Of a stretch of 64,000 bases of DNA, positions 60,920-64,000 are shown one piece after another (position 1 is the first letter of the stretch; each line of letters begins with the position of its first letter). A model generated the notes under the pieces. The model saw only the letters and a list, made by a program, of their open reading frames with translations. It ran no database searches and was not told the origin of the DNA. This stretch comes from Flavobacteriaceae bacterium. Its GTDB lineage: Bacteria > Bacteroidota > Bacteroidia > Flavobacteriales > Flavobacteriaceae. The stretch lies in contig CANFZC010000003.1 of assembly GCA_947451475.1 (NCBI GenBank), positions 11,169-75,168 of the forward strand, given 5' to 3'. The position numbers and the translations under genes are program-made.

Positions 60920-63900
60920 ATGAAATCCACAATCACAAATAAATTAATTACTATGAGATCACAAAAATTCTCTTTAAAGATGCGATTACTGTTTACGGTT
61001 CTGTCTTTATTTACGATTAGTCTTTCGGGATTTGCACAGCAGTCATTTAGTCTATCAGTGACTAACTGTAGTGCCGCGGCTCAAGATTTATCGTTTGATG
61101 TTACGGTGACGAACTTGTTAACGACAGACTTGCGTTTTAACGCTGCTACGCTTCGTTTCCAATTTGGAGCCAACATCTTGCCTTCAACAGGAACAAACAC
61201 CGTTAGCTGGGGTTATGCTGGGGAGTCTGACTTTCCATCAAGTTTTCCAAATGTTTTTCCTGCTGCAGGAAATCCAACATTTAGTTATAACGCTGCTACC
61301 AGAACGTGTTCTGTTAATACAGCAACGGCTGCCTATAACAACTTGACTTGTACTGCTCCACTTATAGCTGGAGGAGAGACTAAGAAAATAGGCCGTTTTG
61401 TAATTCACAATTCACAACCTTTTGTTACCGACCAACAAGTAGGATTAACATGGGTTACTACTAGTGGATTAACGCTTTATTCAGCGTGTACTTCTACTAC
61501 AGTGGGTTACCAACTTACTACCAACCGTACTTTAAATCCTCCGTGTAACTTAAGTACGTTGCCTTCATGTACAAATACCTCAAGCTCTGCTTCAGCAACT
61601 GCTTGTGATAGCTATACATGGTCAGCAAATGGTACTACTTACACAACAAGTGGTGTTTATACTTATGTAACAACACTAGCAGGTGGATGTACAGATACTA
61701 AAACGTTAAACTTGACTATTACACCAAGTTCAGTTCATTCAACTACCATTTCAGCTTGTGATAGCTATACATGGTCAAACAATGGTCAAACGTATAGTGC
61801 TTCAGGTACTTATAGTGGAACTACTACGAACTGTGTAACAGAGCAATTAGTATTGACTATTACTCCAAGTTCAAACCACACTACAAATGCTAGTGCTTGT
61901 GGAAGTTATACATGGTCTAATAATGGACAAACGTATACTACCTCTGGTGTTTATACCGGTACAACTACTAACTGTGTTACAGAGAAGTTGAACTTAACTA
62001 TTACACCAGCTACTTCTAATACGACTACAGCTTCAGCATGTGGTACTTACCACTGGGGTGTTAATGATGCAGATTATACAGCATCAGGAACGTATACTTC
62101 CGTTCGTAACTGTCATACAGAAATATTAGAATTGACTATTACACCAAGTACTACTAACACTACAGAAGCTAATGCTTGTGGAAGTTATACATGGTCAAAC
62201 AATGGTCAAACGTATACTACTTCAGGTATCTATACAGGAACAACTACCAACTGTGTAACAGAATTGTTAGACTTGACAGTAACTCCTAATACTACCAACA
62301 CTACTACCGCTACAGCTTGTGGCAGTTATACATGGTCAGTAAACAACAGTACGTATACTGCAAGTGGAACGTATTCAGTAGTTTCAGGATGTCATACAGA
62401 AGTGTTAGATTTAACGATCAACCCTGCAACAATTACTACACAACCAGCAGCAAACTTTATCTGTTCTACAGTAGGTTCTACTTCGTCATTCTCAGTTGAG
62501 ACTAACGTTTTATCACCATCATACACTTGGCAGTATAGAGTAGTTACTGCAGCTAATCCTAACCCAGTTTGGAACACTATTACAAGTGCTCAGGCAGCGG
62601 TTTATTCAGGATACGCTACAGCTACGTTACACGTAACAAAAGCTACTACTACTTTACCTGCTACAGGTACTCAGTATAGAGTTTTAGTGTCAGGAGCTTG
62701 TGGTGATGTTGCATCAAATTCAGCATCATTAATGATTATCTCTACAGTTAAAGCAGGAACAATTACTTCGCCAACAGCTACGGTATGTTTAGGAAGTGAT
62801 ATTACTTTAACATTAGGAGGTTATGCTGCTACATCATTCCAATGGCAGTCCTCACCAATTTCGACTACTGCAGCACCAGGAGTGTTTACAGATATCCCAG
62901 GCGCAACAGGTACTTCTTATACTATTGTAGGAGCTACTTCGACTATGGATAAATCTTACCGCGTAGTTGTTACCAATTCATGTAACAATACTACCGCTAC
63001 TTCATTAGTTAAAACACTTAAAGTTGATCCAACATCGGTTGCCGGAAACATTGTTTCAGGAGGTGGTGTTGTTTGTTTAGGAAGTGGAAGTACTTTAAAA
63101 GTAGCCGGTCATGTTGGAACAGTACAATGGGAGTATTCAACCGATGGAGGAGTTACTTATGTTAATGCTCCAGCAGCATCAGCAGGTCAAACTGTACCAT
63201 TTGGAACTACTTCAGTAAATAGTAAATCAGCTACTTATATCATTACTGGAATTTCAACTGAATTGTATTTCAGAGCTAAACTTACTAGTGGAACCTGTTC
63301 ATCAGCTTATACCGCTCCTGCACATTATACTTTAGGCACACAAGCTGAAGTAGGTACCGTAACTGCTGCTAGTACATTATTATGTCCTGCTTCAGGAACT
63401 ACTTTGACTTTGTCAAGTGCAGTAGGAATTGTAACATGGCAGAAAGCTACTAATATTACTGCTCCAGTTTGGACATCAACTACTAACCATACTATGTCAT
63501 TAGCGACAGGCAACTTAACAGCTTCTGCTGCTTATAGAGCCTTGGTTACTATTGGTACTTGTTCAACGGTATCAAGTAATATAGTAGTAGTAGCAGTTGT
63601 TGCTAAACCAGTAGTTAAAACATTAACTACCAATACTACTACACCAGCAGGTGCAGCAGCCGCTACAGCAATTTGTACGAACAGTACCGTTGCTAAGATC
63701 TTAACTGCAGGTGTTGGAACAACCGGTGGTACTATTCAATGGCAATGGTCAACGACTTCAGCTACAGCTGGATTTGTTGATATCGCAGGAGAAACAGGTA
63801 CTAGTTATACTATTACTAACCCATCAGTTGGAGCAAACTACTACAGAATTGTAGTAACTAACTCCTGTGGTGTAAGTGTAACAGGAACAGCAAAAGCGGT

Positions 63901-64000
63901 TTACTACAAAGATTGTGGACCTGCTAAATTTGCGCCAGTTGCTGTTGCTTCACCATTTAGTGTAGTGGCTTATCCAAACCCATATAGTGAAAACTTCAAC
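60920..64000 (+). CDS. T9SS type A protein with cohesin-like N-terminal domain (runs off the window; missing from the ORF track)
   Basis: Manual translation is open for 1027 codons from ATG 60920 (alternative 60953): signal peptide ending SGFA, beta-sandwich head, 6 Cys repeats, Ig-like repeats, ending FSVVAYPNPYSENFN. Confidence 0.88.
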   Translation, partial: MKSTITNKLITMRSQKFSLKMRLLFTVLSLFTISLSGFAQQSFSLSVTNCSAAAQDLSFDVTVTNLLTTDLRFNAATLRFQFGANILPSTGTNTVSWGYAGESDFPSSFPNVFPAAGNPTFSYNAATRTCSVNTATAAYNNLTCTAPLIAGGETKKIGRFVIHNSQPFVTDQQVGLTWVTTSGLTLYSACTSTTVGYQLTTNRTLNPPCNLSTLPSCTNTSSSASATACDSYTWSANGTTYTTSGVYTYVTTLAGGCTDTKTLNLTITPSSVHSTTISACDSYTWSNNGQTYSASGTYSGTTTNCVTEQLVLTITPSSNHTTNASACGSYTWSNNGQTYTTSGVYTGTTTNCVTEKLNLTITPATSNTTTASACGTYHWGVNDADYTASGTYTSVRNCHTEILELTITPSTTNTTEANACGSYTWSNNGQTYTTSGIYTGTTTNCVTELLDLTVTPNTTNTTTATACGSYTWSVNNSTYTASGTYSVVSGCHTEVLDLTINPATITTQPAANFICSTVGSTSSFSVETNVLSPSYTWQYRVVTAANPNPVWNTITSAQAAVYSGYATATLHVTKATTTLPATGTQYRVLVSGACGDVASNSASLMIISTVKAGTITSPTATVCLGSDITLTLGGYAATSFQWQSSPISTTAAPGVFTDIPGATGTSYTIVGATSTMDKSYRVVVTNSCNNTTATSLVKTLKVDPTSVAGNIVSGGGVVCLGSGSTLKVAGHVGTVQWEYSTDGGVTYVNAPAASAGQTVPFGTTSVNSKSATYIITGISTELYFRAKLTSGTCSSAYTAPAHYTLGTQAEVGTVTAASTLLCPASGTTLTLSSAVGIVTWQKATNITAPVWTSTTNHTMSLATGNLTASAAYRALVTIGTCSTVSSNIVVVAVVAKPVVKTLTTNTTTPAGAAAATAICTNSTVAKILTAGVGTTGGTIQWQWSTTSATAGFVDIAGETGTSYTITNPSVGANYYRIVVTNSCGVSVTGTAKAVYYKDCGPAKFAPVAVASPFSVVAYPNPYSENFN
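61571..62419 (+). repeat. Six tandem 46-47-aa Cys-pair repeats (first unit longer)
   Basis: AC.(S/T)Y.W..N...Y..SG.Y.....C.T..L.LT repeated six times. Confidence 0.9.

Noticed and set aside
59833-62419. 138-141-bp repeats as CRISPR or a DGR template/variable pair
   Set aside because: In-frame coding repeats with mainly third-position differences, not adenine-specific; no reverse transcriptase in the window.
33788-63513. Many short ORFs antisense or out of frame within the large secreted genes (e.g. 33795-34211, 35403-35924, 37431-37802, 56133-56492, 61164-61346, 62317-62499)
   Set aside because: Shadow frames of Thr/Gly/Ala-rich repetitive coding sequence; Val/Pro-rich or low complexity with no motifs or expression signals.
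1-64000. Mobile elements, rRNA, tRNA, toxin or defence genes
   Set aside because: No transposase, integrase, nuclease-toxin or structural RNA signature was recognised.

Overview
Chromosomal window of a Bacteroidota bacterium, very probably Flavobacterium (T9SS C-terminal domains, TAnnTTTG -7 promoter boxes, recR-wza-wzc order). It has four blocks. (1) 1-8943: tail of a T9SS cargo gene, a deacetylase-like/FemAB-like/GNAT operon, an amidinotransferase-fold pair (ADI/DDAH-like + CtlX-like), MarC, CoA-binding protein, sodium:solute symporter and recR. (2) 9019-33342: a Wzx/Wzy-type capsule/EPS locus (wza, wzc, nucleotide-sugar enzymes, flippase, five GT4s plus a WecF-like GT, methyltransferase, AT3 acyltransferase, two Wzy-like paralogues flanking an MBOAT+SGNH pair) with no recognisable priming transferase. 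(3) 33679-51172: two large T9SS adhesin-like paralogues flanking an oppositely oriented four-gene operon (lipoprotein, YjiK-like propeller, OprO/P-like porin, T9SS protein), plus an intergenic 11-bp repeat element. (4) 51403-64000: a 3148-aa secreted YDG/Ig-repeat protein that has no T9SS C-terminal signal and ends in a duplicated Ca-loop dockerin-like domain, followed by a gene absent from the ORF track (60920 to >64000) with a cohesin-like head and the start of a T9SS type A signal. This putative dockerin-cohesin pair is the best candidate for an undescribed system. No rRNA, tRNA, CRISPR array or transposase was seen. All domain calls are from motif recognition by eye; no database searches were run.
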